Below, piece after piece: positions 13,707-22,543 of a stretch of DNA of 64,000 nucleotides. Numbering within the stretch: the first letter of the stretch is position 1; every line of letters begins with the position of its first letter. The DNA comes from an uncultured Solirubrobacterales bacterium. Its GTDB lineage: Bacteria > Actinomycetota > Thermoleophilia > Solirubrobacterales > Solirubrobacteraceae. The stretch lies in NCBI GenBank assembly GCA_963729925.1, contig CAVSPS010000004.1, positions 230,859 to 294,858 of the forward strand, written 5' to 3'. The notes beneath the pieces are model-generated. The model did not search any database, was not told the origin of the DNA, and was given only the letters and a program-made list of their open reading frames with translations. The position numbers were made by a program, and so were the translations under genes.

Positions 13707-14251
13707 TCCTCGCGACCGGGCTCGCGCTGCTCGCCGCGGCGCTGGGCGGCTGCGGAGGCGTCTCCAGATCCACAGACGCCTCAGTGCGGAGCGAACGGAC
13801 GGCGCTGGTGAGCTACCTGCGCCAGGTCGAGCCGATCAGGCTGGCCGTCAACCGGCTGCTGGAAAGGGCCGATCCGATCCTGTCCGCATACCACGACCGT
13901 CGCATCTCCCCGACTCAGGCATCGCTTCGGATGGGCGTCCTGGAGCGGCGTTTCGCCGCCTGCACAGTTGACGTAGCCGCCCTTCAGCCGGCCACGTCGA
14001 AGCTCCGCTCCCTGAACGCCCCCTACGCGCGCACTTACATCCTCGAGGACGCGTATCTGAGCGCGCTCACCGTCGGCTTGGTAGAGCGCAGACTGGACGG
14101 CCTGCCAGATACACAGGCCGCCCAGCGAGCGGCGATCGTCCAGTGGCGCACCGGCCTGGCCGTGCTCGCTCGTCACACCGCCGTGCACCTGCCCGCCGAC
14201 CTGCAGGCGGCCGGCCGGGGAGAGATCGCCCCCTCCCCAAAGGGCAGCTGA
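13679..14251 (+). CDS. Putative lipoprotein, unknown function
   Basis: Hydrophobic signal ending LGGC followed by a helical region; GC-skewed codon usage. Confidence 0.55.
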   Translation: MAAGARNGLILATGLALLAAALGGCGGVSRSTDASVRSERTALVSYLRQVEPIRLAVNRLLERADPILSAYHDRRISPTQASLRMGVLERRFAACTVDVAALQPATSKLRSLNAPYARTYILEDAYLSALTVGLVERRLDGLPDTQAAQRAAIVQWRTGLAVLARHTAVHLPADLQAAGRGEIAPSPKGS

Positions 14252-14820
14252 TAGCCGTAGCCGCCGCCTCCGCCGCCGGAATTCGCCGGTGGAGCCGTTT
14301 CCGTAGACGTGGTGGCCGGGGCGGCAGCGCCAGGCGCACTCGATCTCGTAGGGCTGACCGTCACGGCGGTCCATGTGCCGACGTCTTTGATGCCCTGTCC
14401 GCCGGCGTCCCCGGGCTTCTGATCCTGCGCGAACGTGTAGAGCGGCATGCCCTTGTAGGTCACCTGCTCGGTGCCGTCAGGACGCTTGACCGTCCCAAGG
14501 GAGCCGACGCCGCCACTCGGCGCAGCGGCCGAGGACGCGCTCAGCGGATGCCACACCCCCAGGCACGCCGAGCTCGTGCAGATGAACTTTCCATTCTGCT
14601 CGGCGCTGAGGCTGTAGAGGGTCATGCCCTGGTCATCGACGAGCACCGTGGCGCCCAGCGTCGCGTTCGAGGCGCTCTTCACCACCGCCGTGCTTTCCCC
14701 GCTCGACGACGACGTGGCGCCGGCCTGGGAGGAGGAGCCCGATTTGCCGGAGCTCCCACACGCGGCCAACACGAGCGATGCGGCGAGCGCGGGGACGAGG
14801 AACTTCAGGGCTGGGCGCAT
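14173..14820 (-). CDS. Secreted lipoprotein with duplicated Yx(F/W/Y)xxD motif (COG4315-like)
   Basis: LAAC lipobox; GMTLYSL, CTSSACLGVWHP, RPDGTEQVTYKGMPLYTFAQD. Confidence 0.85.
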   Translation of the reverse strand: MRPALKFLVPALAASLVLAACGSSGKSGSSSQAGATSSSSGESTAVVKSASNATLGATVLVDDQGMTLYSLSAEQNGKFICTSSACLGVWHPLSASSAAAPSGGVGSLGTVKRPDGTEQVTYKGMPLYTFAQDQKPGDAGGQGIKDVGTWTAVTVSPTRSSAPGAAAPATTSTETAPPANSGGGGGGYGYQLPFGEGAISPRPAACRSAGRCTAV

Positions 14821-14878
14821 CGGGACTCCTTCGGTCAAGCGACGAGAGATGGGGTAGACAAGCGTGTCTGCCCTCAAG

Positions 14879-14904
14879 GACGCCACGCTCCCGGATTCCT
14901 TACA
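14879..14904 (-). promoter_or_regulatory. Putative ECF sigma promoter GTAAG-N16-CGTC
   Basis: Matches the motif at three other sites around the ECF sigma gene. Confidence 0.55.
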
Positions 14905-14950
14905 TACCGCATCGCCGCAGCGTGTCCAGCGAGCGGGGCGTCGCCGCGCC

Positions 14951-16531
14951 TCAGGCGTGCACTACGACGCTTCGCGTGATCGTCACCGCCGCGCCCTGGG
15001 TTGGCGTGAGCGTGATCTTCGCGCTCAGCGCGAGGCGGCCATGCCTGCGCAGCGCGGCCTTCGCGCGGGAGGACAGGGTGATCGAGAAGGACAGCGTCCC
15101 GCCCACGGCCGAGGAACGCACGAAACGGCCCAAGACCAGGGGCTTTGAGCCGCGAGCGCCGAGCGCAGACGGCTTTGCCAGCAAGTCGATCTCGAGCCGG
15201 CCACCGGCGCCAGTCAGGCCGATGCCGATCGAGCCGCGCACTGTCGTCCGGTGGCCGCTCAGCTTCAGCGACCCGGCGATCAGCGCCGGTCCGAACGAGA
15301 CGCCGGTTTCCGTCGTCGGCTGGGTGACCAGCGGAACACTTGGCTCGGGACTTGTGGGACCGGGTGTGGGAGTCGGGCTCGCAGGCGGCGCGGGCGGTTC
15401 TTCTTTCGGTGGTGGTGGTGGTGGTGGAGGAGGAGGAGGAGACGTCGTCGTGAACGTGCGATCTTCTCCGTAGCTCGGGCCTCCGGCTTCGTTGCGTGCC
15501 ACCAGACGGAAGTGGTAGGTGGTGCCGGGCTGCAATTCTTCTTCGTGCGGCAGCCCTTTCGAGATCGCCGCCGACGCGGAGTCATTGGCGTTGTCCGCGA
15601 GCAGCCCCGTTACCGGAGCTGTCTGACTGCCGTAGCTTGCCGCTTTGCCGTATTCGAAGAAATATTCCGTCGCCTTTCCGCCGTTGGGATCGACCGTGCC
15701 GCGAAGGGTCGCTTTGCGTTCCCCTTCAACCGTCGCGCCGGTCGTGGCGACCGTGGGCGCCGTCGCCACCGGGGTCGTGAACGTCTGTTCAGGGCCGGTC
15801 GCTTCGGTGCCGGCTCCGTAGACCGCAACAAGCTCGACGCGGTATGTCATGCCCGGTTCGAGCCCGCTCAACGGGGTCGACACGGCGTGTTCGACGAAGT
15901 CCGCCGGACCGACGCTCTGCGGGCTGCCGGGGGCCTTCTGTTCGAGTTTGCTGTCGAGCCCGTACTTGAAGTAGTAGGAAGTCGGATTGCCTTCCGGGTT
16001 GACGCTGCCATGCAGCGTCGCGGTCGTCTGGTTCTTTTCCGCGACGCCGGTGAGAACCTTGGGTGTGCCGGGAACCTTGACGGTGATCGTGCCGCTCATT
16101 GCGGCACCGTGAACCGTGCAGTAGTAGGTGTACGTGCCCGGCGTTGTGAATGTGCAGGTCCCTTTCCAGTTCGTCGCCGAAAAGGCCGCGGTCGTGCCCA
16201 CCGGGACGTCGCTGTCGCAGTTGGGCGTGGACGGCGGGCTGATCCAGTTGACGCCGTGGTAGACGGCTGTGGGGTTGCTGATGGTCACGCCCGCGACGGT
16301 GCTGACCGTTACCTGCGCCGGCGACCAACGGTGTTCGGTGCCGTAGAGGCCCCCAATGTTTTCCGCGGTGACGGTGGCGCTCGTTTCAGAGCCGGCGACC
16401 GCCGGAAAGACCAACGCCCAGACGGTCGCGAGGACGACTAGCAGCCCATAGCCGAGGCGACCGCGACCGTTTCCATCGCTGCGGCTCAGGCGATCGCTTC
16501 GGCCCGTGTCCAACGGTCGGAATCGCATCAC
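14951..16531 (-). CDS. Secreted cupredoxin + two FN3-like domains + Pro linker + basic C-terminal domain
   Basis: HGVNW...YYCTVHGAAM type-1 Cu ligands; ATLxGxVxP...YFxYG...YxxxLVA repeats. Confidence 0.85.
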   Translation of the reverse strand: MMRFRPLDTGRSDRLSRSDGNGRGRLGYGLLVVLATVWALVFPAVAGSETSATVTAENIGGLYGTEHRWSPAQVTVSTVAGVTISNPTAVYHGVNWISPPSTPNCDSDVPVGTTAAFSATNWKGTCTFTTPGTYTYYCTVHGAAMSGTITVKVPGTPKVLTGVAEKNQTTATLHGSVNPEGNPTSYYFKYGLDSKLEQKAPGSPQSVGPADFVEHAVSTPLSGLEPGMTYRVELVAVYGAGTEATGPEQTFTTPVATAPTVATTGATVEGERKATLRGTVDPNGGKATEYFFEYGKAASYGSQTAPVTGLLADNANDSASAAISKGLPHEEELQPGTTYHFRLVARNEAGGPSYGEDRTFTTTSPPPPPPPPPPPKEEPPAPPASPTPTPGPTSPEPSVPLVTQPTTETGVSFGPALIAGSLKLSGHRTTVRGSIGIGLTGAGGRLEIDLLAKPSALGARGSKPLVLGRFVRSSAVGGTLSFSITLSSRAKAALRRHGRLALSAKITLTPTQGAAVTITRSVVVHA

Positions 16532-17328
16532 GGACGCTCTGTCACCGATCGGGTGAGCACCGTCGTTTCGCCGTACACCGGGCTGAGCACGATCTTCACC
16601 GTCAGCGCCAGGCGATGGTGGCGCCTCAGCGCGCGTCGCGCCTTGGCGGACAGCGGCACGACAAAGGCCGTCCTGCCGGCCGGCACCGAGCTGCGCACGA
16701 ACCGCCCGACGCGAACGCGCGCCGGATGCTTCGCCCTCGACAGCGAAGTGGTGGCCGCGAAAAGATCGATCTCCAGGCTGGCGCCGGCGCTCGCGCGCGA
16801 GATCTCGACGGCGCCCTTGACCGATCCACCGTGCTGACGGGAGCGAAGCGAAGAGACCGTGATCGGCGATTCAACCGGTGGCTCCGTCGGCGTGGTGGTT
16901 GTTGTGATCGTCGTCGGCGGCGTGACGGTCGTGGTTCCGTTCGAGTTGACAGTGATCGTGCCGCTCATCGCCGCACCGTGAACCGTGCAGTAGAACGTGT
17001 AGGTGCCTACCTGCGAGAAGGTGCACGTACCGCTCCATTTAGTCCCGGAGGCCGCCGGCGTGTTGCCAACCGGTACGCCGCTGCACGACGGCGTGGCTGG
17101 GCCTGCGACCCATTCGACACCATGTTCCACAGTGGTGGGGTTGCTGAAGGTGACCGTGCCTGCGCTCGCAAGCGTGACCTGCATCGGCGACCACCGGTGT
17201 TCGGTACCGTAGGCGCCGCCGACGTTTTCAGCGGTGACGGTAGGACTCGTTTCCGAGCTCGCGATCGCCGGAAGCAAGGCTGTGGCCACCCCGAGCACGG
17301 CCGCCAACGGTAGATAGCGCCTGCGCAT
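16528..17328 (-). CDS. Secreted cupredoxin + Thr linker + basic C-terminal domain (paralogue of neighbour)
   Basis: HGVEW...FYCTVHGAAM; N- and C-terminal domains closely similar to 14951..16531. Confidence 0.85.
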   Translation of the reverse strand: MRRRYLPLAAVLGVATALLPAIASSETSPTVTAENVGGAYGTEHRWSPMQVTLASAGTVTFSNPTTVEHGVEWVAGPATPSCSGVPVGNTPAASGTKWSGTCTFSQVGTYTFYCTVHGAAMSGTITVNSNGTTTVTPPTTITTTTTPTEPPVESPITVSSLRSRQHGGSVKGAVEISRASAGASLEIDLFAATTSLSRAKHPARVRVGRFVRSSVPAGRTAFVVPLSAKARRALRRHHRLALTVKIVLSPVYGETTVLTRSVTERP

Positions 17329-17417
17329 TCTCACTTTTCTCAGCCCGCCTTTCGCTCGATGGACCCAGGGGGGACGCGGCCCCTCCCTCATGCCGTGCGG
17401 CATGCCTCAATCCAAGG

Positions 17418-17443
17418 GACGCCGCGGCGCGCCGATCCTTCCC
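17418..17443 (-). promoter_or_regulatory. Putative ECF sigma promoter GGAAG-N16-CGTC
   Basis: GGGAAG gatcggcgcgccgcgg CGTC upstream of the cupredoxin pair. Confidence 0.6.
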
Positions 17444-17552
17444 GGACTCGCAAGGCGCCTCGACACGCGACAAGTTGAGGGCGCTACAGTCGCAGGACGG
17501 GATCGAGCGAGAAGAGCGCTCGGACCAGCAGCCGCAGCCAACCCGTGAAGTC

Positions 17553-18134
17553 ATGCGCGCCCTGGACCCACAGTCGCTGACGCAGCACATCGACCGCCTC
17601 TACCGCGCGGCGTGGGCGCTGTGCGGCTCCAAGGAGGATGCGGAGGATCTCGTGCAGGACACCTTCGCGCGGGTGCTCTGCAAGCCGCGCCTGCTGCGCG
17701 GGGACGACGACCTCGCCTACCTGATGAAAGTGCTGCGCAACACGTTCTTCACCTCGCGGCGCACCGCCTCGCGCAGGCCGGTGACGAGCGCATCGCTCGA
17801 GGACGTGGTGGCCGCCGACCCGCAGCCCACCTCCCAGCCCGAGCAGGCGCTGAACGTGCAGGAGCTCTACGCGGCGATCGCGGAGCTCCCGGAGGACTTC
17901 CGGCTCGCGCTCGTGGCGGTGGACGTCCTCGGCCTCTCCTACCGCGAAGCCGCGAGCGCGCTGGGCACGCGTGAGGCGACGATCACCACGCGCCTCTTCA
18001 GGGCGCGTCGCCAGGTGGTGAAGACGCTCGGCGCCGAAGCCGAGCCGGCGGGCGCGCAGACCCCGCAACCGGCCGACTTCCCGCGCGCGCGGGAAGGTAC
18101 AGGGGTGCACGAGCGTCTTTCCGAGCAGGGATAG
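17553..18134 (+). CDS. ECF RNA polymerase sigma factor (alternative TTG start at 17475)
   Basis: DAEDLVQDTF (region 2); GLSYREAASALGTREATITTRLFRAR (region 4). Confidence 0.92.
   Translation: MRALDPQSLTQHIDRLYRAAWALCGSKEDAEDLVQDTFARVLCKPRLLRGDDDLAYLMKVLRNTFFTSRRTASRRPVTSASLEDVVAADPQPTSQPEQALNVQELYAAIAELPEDFRLALVAVDVLGLSYREAASALGTREATITTRLFRARRQVVKTLGAEAEPAGAQTPQPADFPRAREGTGVHERLSEQG
18091..18117 (+). promoter_or_regulatory. Putative ECF promoter GGAAG-N17-CGTC inside the sigma 3' end, upstream of the anti-sigma
   Basis: Motif match. Confidence 0.5.
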
Positions 18135-18136
18135 CT

Positions 18137-18835
18137 ATGACTGAACGACCATCCAAACTCACCGAGAACGACATCGCGGCGCTCGCCGCCACCGTCAAGG
18201 CGCCGGAGTCACTGCATCGGCGCGTAGGAGAGATGGTCGCCGACGCGCAGAGGCGCCCTCCGGCGAGACGCCGCATGGGCTGGACGATGCCCGCCAGGCG
18301 CCTCGCGGTGGCGGGTGCCACGGCGCTCGCCGCCGTGGGCGCCGTGCTGGCGATGACGTTGTCGGGCGGCGGAGGCGGCGCGCTTACGCCACAGGCTGCG
18401 GCGGCGCTCGCGCTCAGCCCGGCGACACTCCCCGCCCCGAGCGAGAGCGCGAGCAACCGCAGCGAGCTGGCCGCCTCGGTCGGCGGAGTGGCCTTCCCCT
18501 ACTGGAAGGAGCGCTTCGGCTGGCGCGGCAGCGGCGCGCGCAGCGACACGCTGGGCGGGCGCACCGTCACCACCATCTTCTACTCGGGCCCGGGCGGCCG
18601 GCGGATCGGCTACGCGATAGTCGCGGGACCGGCCCCGGCGACCGGCGGCGGCGGGGCGGGCGGGGCCTTGATCAAGCGTTGGGGGGTCTCCTACCGGCTC
18701 AGCTCTCACGACGGCGCCAACGTGATCGTCTGGCGTCGGGGCGGGCACCTGTGCGTGATGGCCGGGCGCGGCGTGAGCCCGCGCACGCTGCTGAGCCTGG
18801 CCAGCTGGGGCAGCGAGCGGGCGCACGCCGCCTGA
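18137..18835 (+). CDS. Putative membrane anti-sigma factor
   Basis: Directly downstream of sigma; APESLHRRV, one TM helix, C-terminal VIVWRRGGHLCVM typical of anti-sigma extracytoplasmic domains. Confidence 0.75.
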   Translation: MTERPSKLTENDIAALAATVKAPESLHRRVGEMVADAQRRPPARRRMGWTMPARRLAVAGATALAAVGAVLAMTLSGGGGGALTPQAAAALALSPATLPAPSESASNRSELAASVGGVAFPYWKERFGWRGSGARSDTLGGRTVTTIFYSGPGGRRIGYAIVAGPAPATGGGGAGGALIKRWGVSYRLSSHDGANVIVWRRGGHLCVMAGRGVSPRTLLSLASWGSERAHAA

Positions 18836-18840
18836 GGGCC

Positions 18841-18866
18841 GGGAAGGTCGGCCGGCATGCGGCGTC
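18841..18866 (+). promoter_or_regulatory. Putative ECF sigma promoter GGAAG-N16-CGTC
   Basis: GGGAAG gtcggccggcatgcgg CGTC upstream of the small cupredoxin. Confidence 0.6.
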
Positions 18867-18898
18867 TGTCTGTGCAAGCCCCAGAGAGGAGACCGAAG

Positions 18899-19243
18899 AT
18901 GAGATCGAGAACACTCGCCGGCGCGCTCGCCACAGCGGCCGTCGCCGGAGCCGCCGCGGTTCCCGCGCTGGCCCTCGGCGGCGCGCACGCGAGCAGCGTG
19001 CACAATGTCGTGCTCAAGAACATCCGCTACCACCCTGCTTCGCTGAGCATCAAACGCGGCGAAGTCGTGACATGGCTGTGGCGGGACGGCGGCATCAAAC
19101 ACAACGTCACCGGCAGCGGCTTCAAATCGAAAACGATGGGAGGCGGCTCTTTCAGCGTCCGCTTCACGCGAGCCGGCACCTACAACTACCACTGCACGAT
19201 CCACGTCCGCGAAGGCATGGTCGGCAAGGTTGTCGTGCACTGA
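18899..19243 (+). CDS. Small secreted plastocyanin/azurin-family copper protein
   Basis: Signal peptide; HNV and YHCTIHVREGM ligands. Confidence 0.88.
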   Translation: MRSRTLAGALATAAVAGAAAVPALALGGAHASSVHNVVLKNIRYHPASLSIKRGEVVTWLWRDGGIKHNVTGSGFKSKTMGGGSFSVRFTRAGTYNYHCTIHVREGMVGKVVVH

Positions 19244-19257
19244 TCGCAGCGCAGCAG

Positions 19258-19770
19258 CTACAACGACAGCGGCGGCCCTGCCCAGCGCACTCCCTCGCTC
19301 ACCGGCAGCACGGCCAGCGCATCGGACAGGCGCCGACCGTCGGGGGTGGTGAGCTCGAAGTCGAGCTCGAGCGCGGGGACCAGGACGAAGCGCCGCGCGA
19401 GCACCTGCTCGTGCGGGAGGGTCATCCGCTCGTGGAAGAGCTCGACGTCACCTAGCAAGAGGACGTCGATGTCGATCGCCCGCGGAGCGTGCCGCACGGC
19501 GTCACCCGTGCGGCCGAGCTCGGCCTCCAGGCGCTTGACGGCATCGAGCAGCTCGAGCGGCTCCAACTCGGTCTCGACCAGGAGGCAGGCATTGAGGAAC
19601 GAGCGCTGGTCGAGCACCTCGCCAACCGGGTCGGTGTCGTAGACCGACGAAGCGGCCGTGACCCGGACCCCGGCGCCGGGCAGCGCGTCGACCGCCGCCT
19701 GCAGCTGGGCGCGGCGGTCGCCGACGTTCGATCCAAGGCCGAGCAGGCCGCTGCGCAGGGGCATCGGCAA
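19258..19770 (-). CDS. folK: 2-amino-4-hydroxy-6-hydroxymethyldihydropteridine diphosphokinase
   Basis: LGLGSNVGDR, FLNA, PRAIDIDVL, LPH, RRFVLVP. Confidence 0.95.
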   Translation of the reverse strand: MPMPLRSGLLGLGSNVGDRRAQLQAAVDALPGAGVRVTAASSVYDTDPVGEVLDQRSFLNACLLVETELEPLELLDAVKRLEAELGRTGDAVRHAPRAIDIDVLLLGDVELFHERMTLPHEQVLARRFVLVPALELDFELTTPDGRRLSDALAVLPVSEGVRWAGPPLSL

Positions 19771-19779
19771 AACGCTATC

Positions 19780-21975
19780 TCAGGCGCGGCCGGCCTGTGC
19801 GAGCGTATCCTCGCTCAAGCCGAAGCGCGCGTGCAGGCGCCGTAGAGGTCGCGGCGCCCACCATGTGAGCTCGCCGAGGCGGCCCATGAGGGCCGGAACG
19901 AGCAGGGCGCGCACGATCGTGGCGTCGATCGCGACGGCAAGCGCCGCGCCCACGCCGAGCTGCTTGACGAAGAAGATATGCGAGGTGGAGAACGCGCCGA
20001 TGGCCACACAGAAGAGCAGCGCCGCGGCGGTGACGAGGCGACCGGTGCGCTCCAGGCCGTAGGCGACGGCGTCGCGTGTGGCAAGGCGGTTGTCGTGGGC
20101 CTCCTTGATGCGACCGAAGAGGAACACGCCGTAGTCGGTGGAGAGCGCGAAGGCGATCACGAACAGGAGCACGAGGTTCGACTCCTCGAGGCCGCCGATC
20201 GGTGTGAAGCCGAACAGACCGCCAAGGTTGCCGTCTTGGAAGATGAGCACGAGCAGTCCCGCGCCCACCGCGACCGTCAAGAGGTTCATCGCAAGCGCCA
20301 CGAACGGGAGCAGAAGCGAGCCCGTCATCAGGAACAGGAATCCCGCGGTGACGAGCGCGAGGATCGCGAGCGCGAGCGGCAGGTGGGCCGAGATCGCCGC
20401 CTTCTGGTCGACGAACCAGGAGGTGGCGCCGCCCACGAGCAGCGTCGGGGCAGGGGCGATGGCGCGCAGCTGCTTGACGAGGCGCTGGTTGGCGGGCGCC
20501 CCGTCTGTTCCCTTCGGTTGCAGTTCGATCTCCCACACGCCGCCGCCTACGTAGCGCGGCGGCTGCTCGCTCGCCTGCGCCCCTGCCGTGTGTCTTGCGC
20601 GGGCGGCGATCGCGGCGACGCCCGTGGCCCCGGCAACCGGCTTCGCCGGCGGCGACCTCGGCGCTCGCACGACCATCGTGATCGTCTGCGAGGGGTCAAC
20701 CGCGAAGTCGCGGGTGAGCGCTTCGGCCACCTGGCGCGCCTGCGAGGAGGCGGGCAGAACGTGGGCGTCGGCGGGCGCGAACGTGAGGCGCAGCGCGGGC
20801 GAGGCGAGCGCGAGCAGCAGAGCGGCCGTCAACAGCGTGACCAGGCCGGGCCGGCGCATGACGGCGCGCGCGAGCCGGAACCAGCCGCCCTGTTCGGTCG
20901 ACTGCGCCGAGCGCGCTGCGCTGCGCTGCAGCCGTGCGGGCGCGAGCGCGTCGATGCGGGGACCGAGCGCCACGAGCACGGCGGGCAGCACGATCAGCGA
21001 GACGGCTCCGGCGGAGAGCGCCACGAGCGCGCCGCCAACGCCCATCGAGTAGAGGAAGCGCATCGGGAACACGAGCATCGAGGCGAGCGCGCCCGCAACC
21101 GTGAGCGAGCCGTAGAGCACTGTTCGTCCCGCCGTCTGCAGCGTGCGCAGGATCGCGGCGCGCGTGGTGGAGCCGCGCGCGAGCTCCTCGCGGTAGCGCG
21201 AGAGTATGAACAGGCTGTAGTCGATCCCGAGGCCGAGGCCGAGCCCCGTGACGAGGTTCACCGCGAAGATCGACAGACCGGAGAACTGGTCGATGAGCCG
21301 CAGCAGCAGGAACGTGAAGACGATCGCAAATCCCCCCACCAGCAGCGGCAGCGAGGCGGCGATGAGACCGCGGAACACCCAGAAGGAGAGCAGCAGGAGG
21401 ATCGGGAAGGCGAACATCTCCGCGCGCTGCAAATCGGAGGAGGTCGTTTTGTTGATCTCGTTGAAGGCGATGTCGTTGCCGCCGAAGCGCACGCCGCTGC
21501 CGGCGAGCTGCGGCCGCACGCGTTCCACGGCGTGGGTGGAGGCGTCGCGGTTGACGAACGCGGCGAGCACGAGCGTGAGGCGACCGTCGCGCGAGACGAG
21601 CTCGGGGAGGTGGGTCTGCGGGTAGTCGATCGCGCGCTGGAAGCCGGGCTGGGCGGCGAGCAGCGCGGCGACGCGGACGCTCTCGCGCAGGGCGGCGCCG
21701 TCGGTGCGCACGTCGCCCCTGCTGGGCACGAGCGCCGCGAGGCCATACGTGGCTGTCTGCCCGGTGGCTCGTTCGATCGCCCGCAGCACCTGCTGGTTCT
21801 GGGCGCGCGGGTCCTGGAAGTCGGAGTTTTCGCTCTTGAGGATCGTCACGACGGGACCGCCGAGCGCGGCGGCGAGCAGGAAGACCGCTCCGGCGATCAG
21901 CAGAGTGCGCCGCGAGTGGGCGGCCGCCAGGTCCGCGAGACGCGCGATCACCGTTGCTCCGAGACGCCGATCCAA
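19780..21975 (-). CDS. MMPL family RND-like transporter
   Basis: Two MMPL halves: GLGIDYSLFILSRYREE...TAGRTV and LSTDYGVFL..RIKE...TGRLVTAAA. Confidence 0.92.
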   Translation of the reverse strand: MDRRLGATVIARLADLAAAHSRRTLLIAGAVFLLAAALGGPVVTILKSENSDFQDPRAQNQQVLRAIERATGQTATYGLAALVPSRGDVRTDGAALRESVRVAALLAAQPGFQRAIDYPQTHLPELVSRDGRLTLVLAAFVNRDASTHAVERVRPQLAGSGVRFGGNDIAFNEINKTTSSDLQRAEMFAFPILLLLSFWVFRGLIAASLPLLVGGFAIVFTFLLLRLIDQFSGLSIFAVNLVTGLGLGLGIDYSLFILSRYREELARGSTTRAAILRTLQTAGRTVLYGSLTVAGALASMLVFPMRFLYSMGVGGALVALSAGAVSLIVLPAVLVALGPRIDALAPARLQRSAARSAQSTEQGGWFRLARAVMRRPGLVTLLTAALLLALASPALRLTFAPADAHVLPASSQARQVAEALTRDFAVDPSQTITMVVRAPRSPPAKPVAGATGVAAIAARARHTAGAQASEQPPRYVGGGVWEIELQPKGTDGAPANQRLVKQLRAIAPAPTLLVGGATSWFVDQKAAISAHLPLALAILALVTAGFLFLMTGSLLLPFVALAMNLLTVAVGAGLLVLIFQDGNLGGLFGFTPIGGLEESNLVLLFVIAFALSTDYGVFLFGRIKEAHDNRLATRDAVAYGLERTGRLVTAAALLFCVAIGAFSTSHIFFVKQLGVGAALAVAIDATIVRALLVPALMGRLGELTWWAPRPLRRLHARFGLSEDTLAQAGRA

Positions 21976-21987
21976 CTCATCCCCGCG

Positions 21988-22017
21988 CAGATTAGTGACT
22001 GCTAACTAATCTGTCAA
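21988..22017 (-). promoter_or_regulatory. Housekeeping-type promoter TTGACA-17-TAATCT overlapped by a palindromic operator
   Basis: CAGATTAGT-N8-ACTAATCTG inverted repeat at 21988-22013; -35 at 22017-22012. Confidence 0.75.
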
Positions 22018-22030
22018 GGGCACGGCTGAA

Positions 22031-22543
22031 CTACTCCCCCGCCTCGCGCCACACCTCGACGGCGACGTCGTCAACCGGCAGGGGGATCGGGGGCTCCGGC
22101 TTGGACGCCTTCACCCACACCCCATCGAGCTCGAAGTCCGCGAGCAGCCGGTCGGCGATCGCCGAGCAGAGGCGCTCGAGCGTCTTGTAGGAGCGCTGCT
22201 GGGCCACGAGCGCCACGAGCTGGCAGACCTCGGCGTAGTCGACCGTGTCCTGCACGCGGTCGGTGACGGTGGCGTCGGTTTCGCCGACGTCCAGGCGCAG
22301 GTCGATGAGCAGACGCTGGCCGATCTCGCGCTCGGCGTCGGTTACGCCGTGGTGCGTGTAGAGCGAGAGACCGTTGATCTCGATCGTGACGGTCTCGAAA
22401 CCCTCTCCGTCGTCCTCGTCGTCGCCGTCCTCGTCGTCCTCTTCGTAGCCGTGGCGCTCCTCGGAGTCCTCCGGGAGCTCGCGCTCGCCGCCGCCCTGTC
22501 CCCGCTCCTCGTCGCTCAGCTCGTCGTGGCCGTCGGCGTCCAT
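22031..22543 (-). CDS. folB: Dihydroneopterin aldolase with acidic N-terminal extension
   Basis: HHGVTDAEREIGQ, DTVDYAEV, TLERL, KPEPPI; follows folP. Confidence 0.92.
   Translation of the reverse strand: MDADGHDELSDEERGQGGGERELPEDSEERHGYEEDDEDGDDEDDGEGFETVTIEINGLSLYTHHGVTDAEREIGQRLLIDLRLDVGETDATVTDRVQDTVDYAEVCQLVALVAQQRSYKTLERLCSAIADRLLADFELDGVWVKASKPEPPIPLPVDDVAVEVWREAGE

Noticed and set aside
19978..22005. Long antisense ORFs (also 5873-7264, 27605-29143, 31890-33872)
   Set aside because: Shadow ORFs expected opposite real genes in high-GC DNA.
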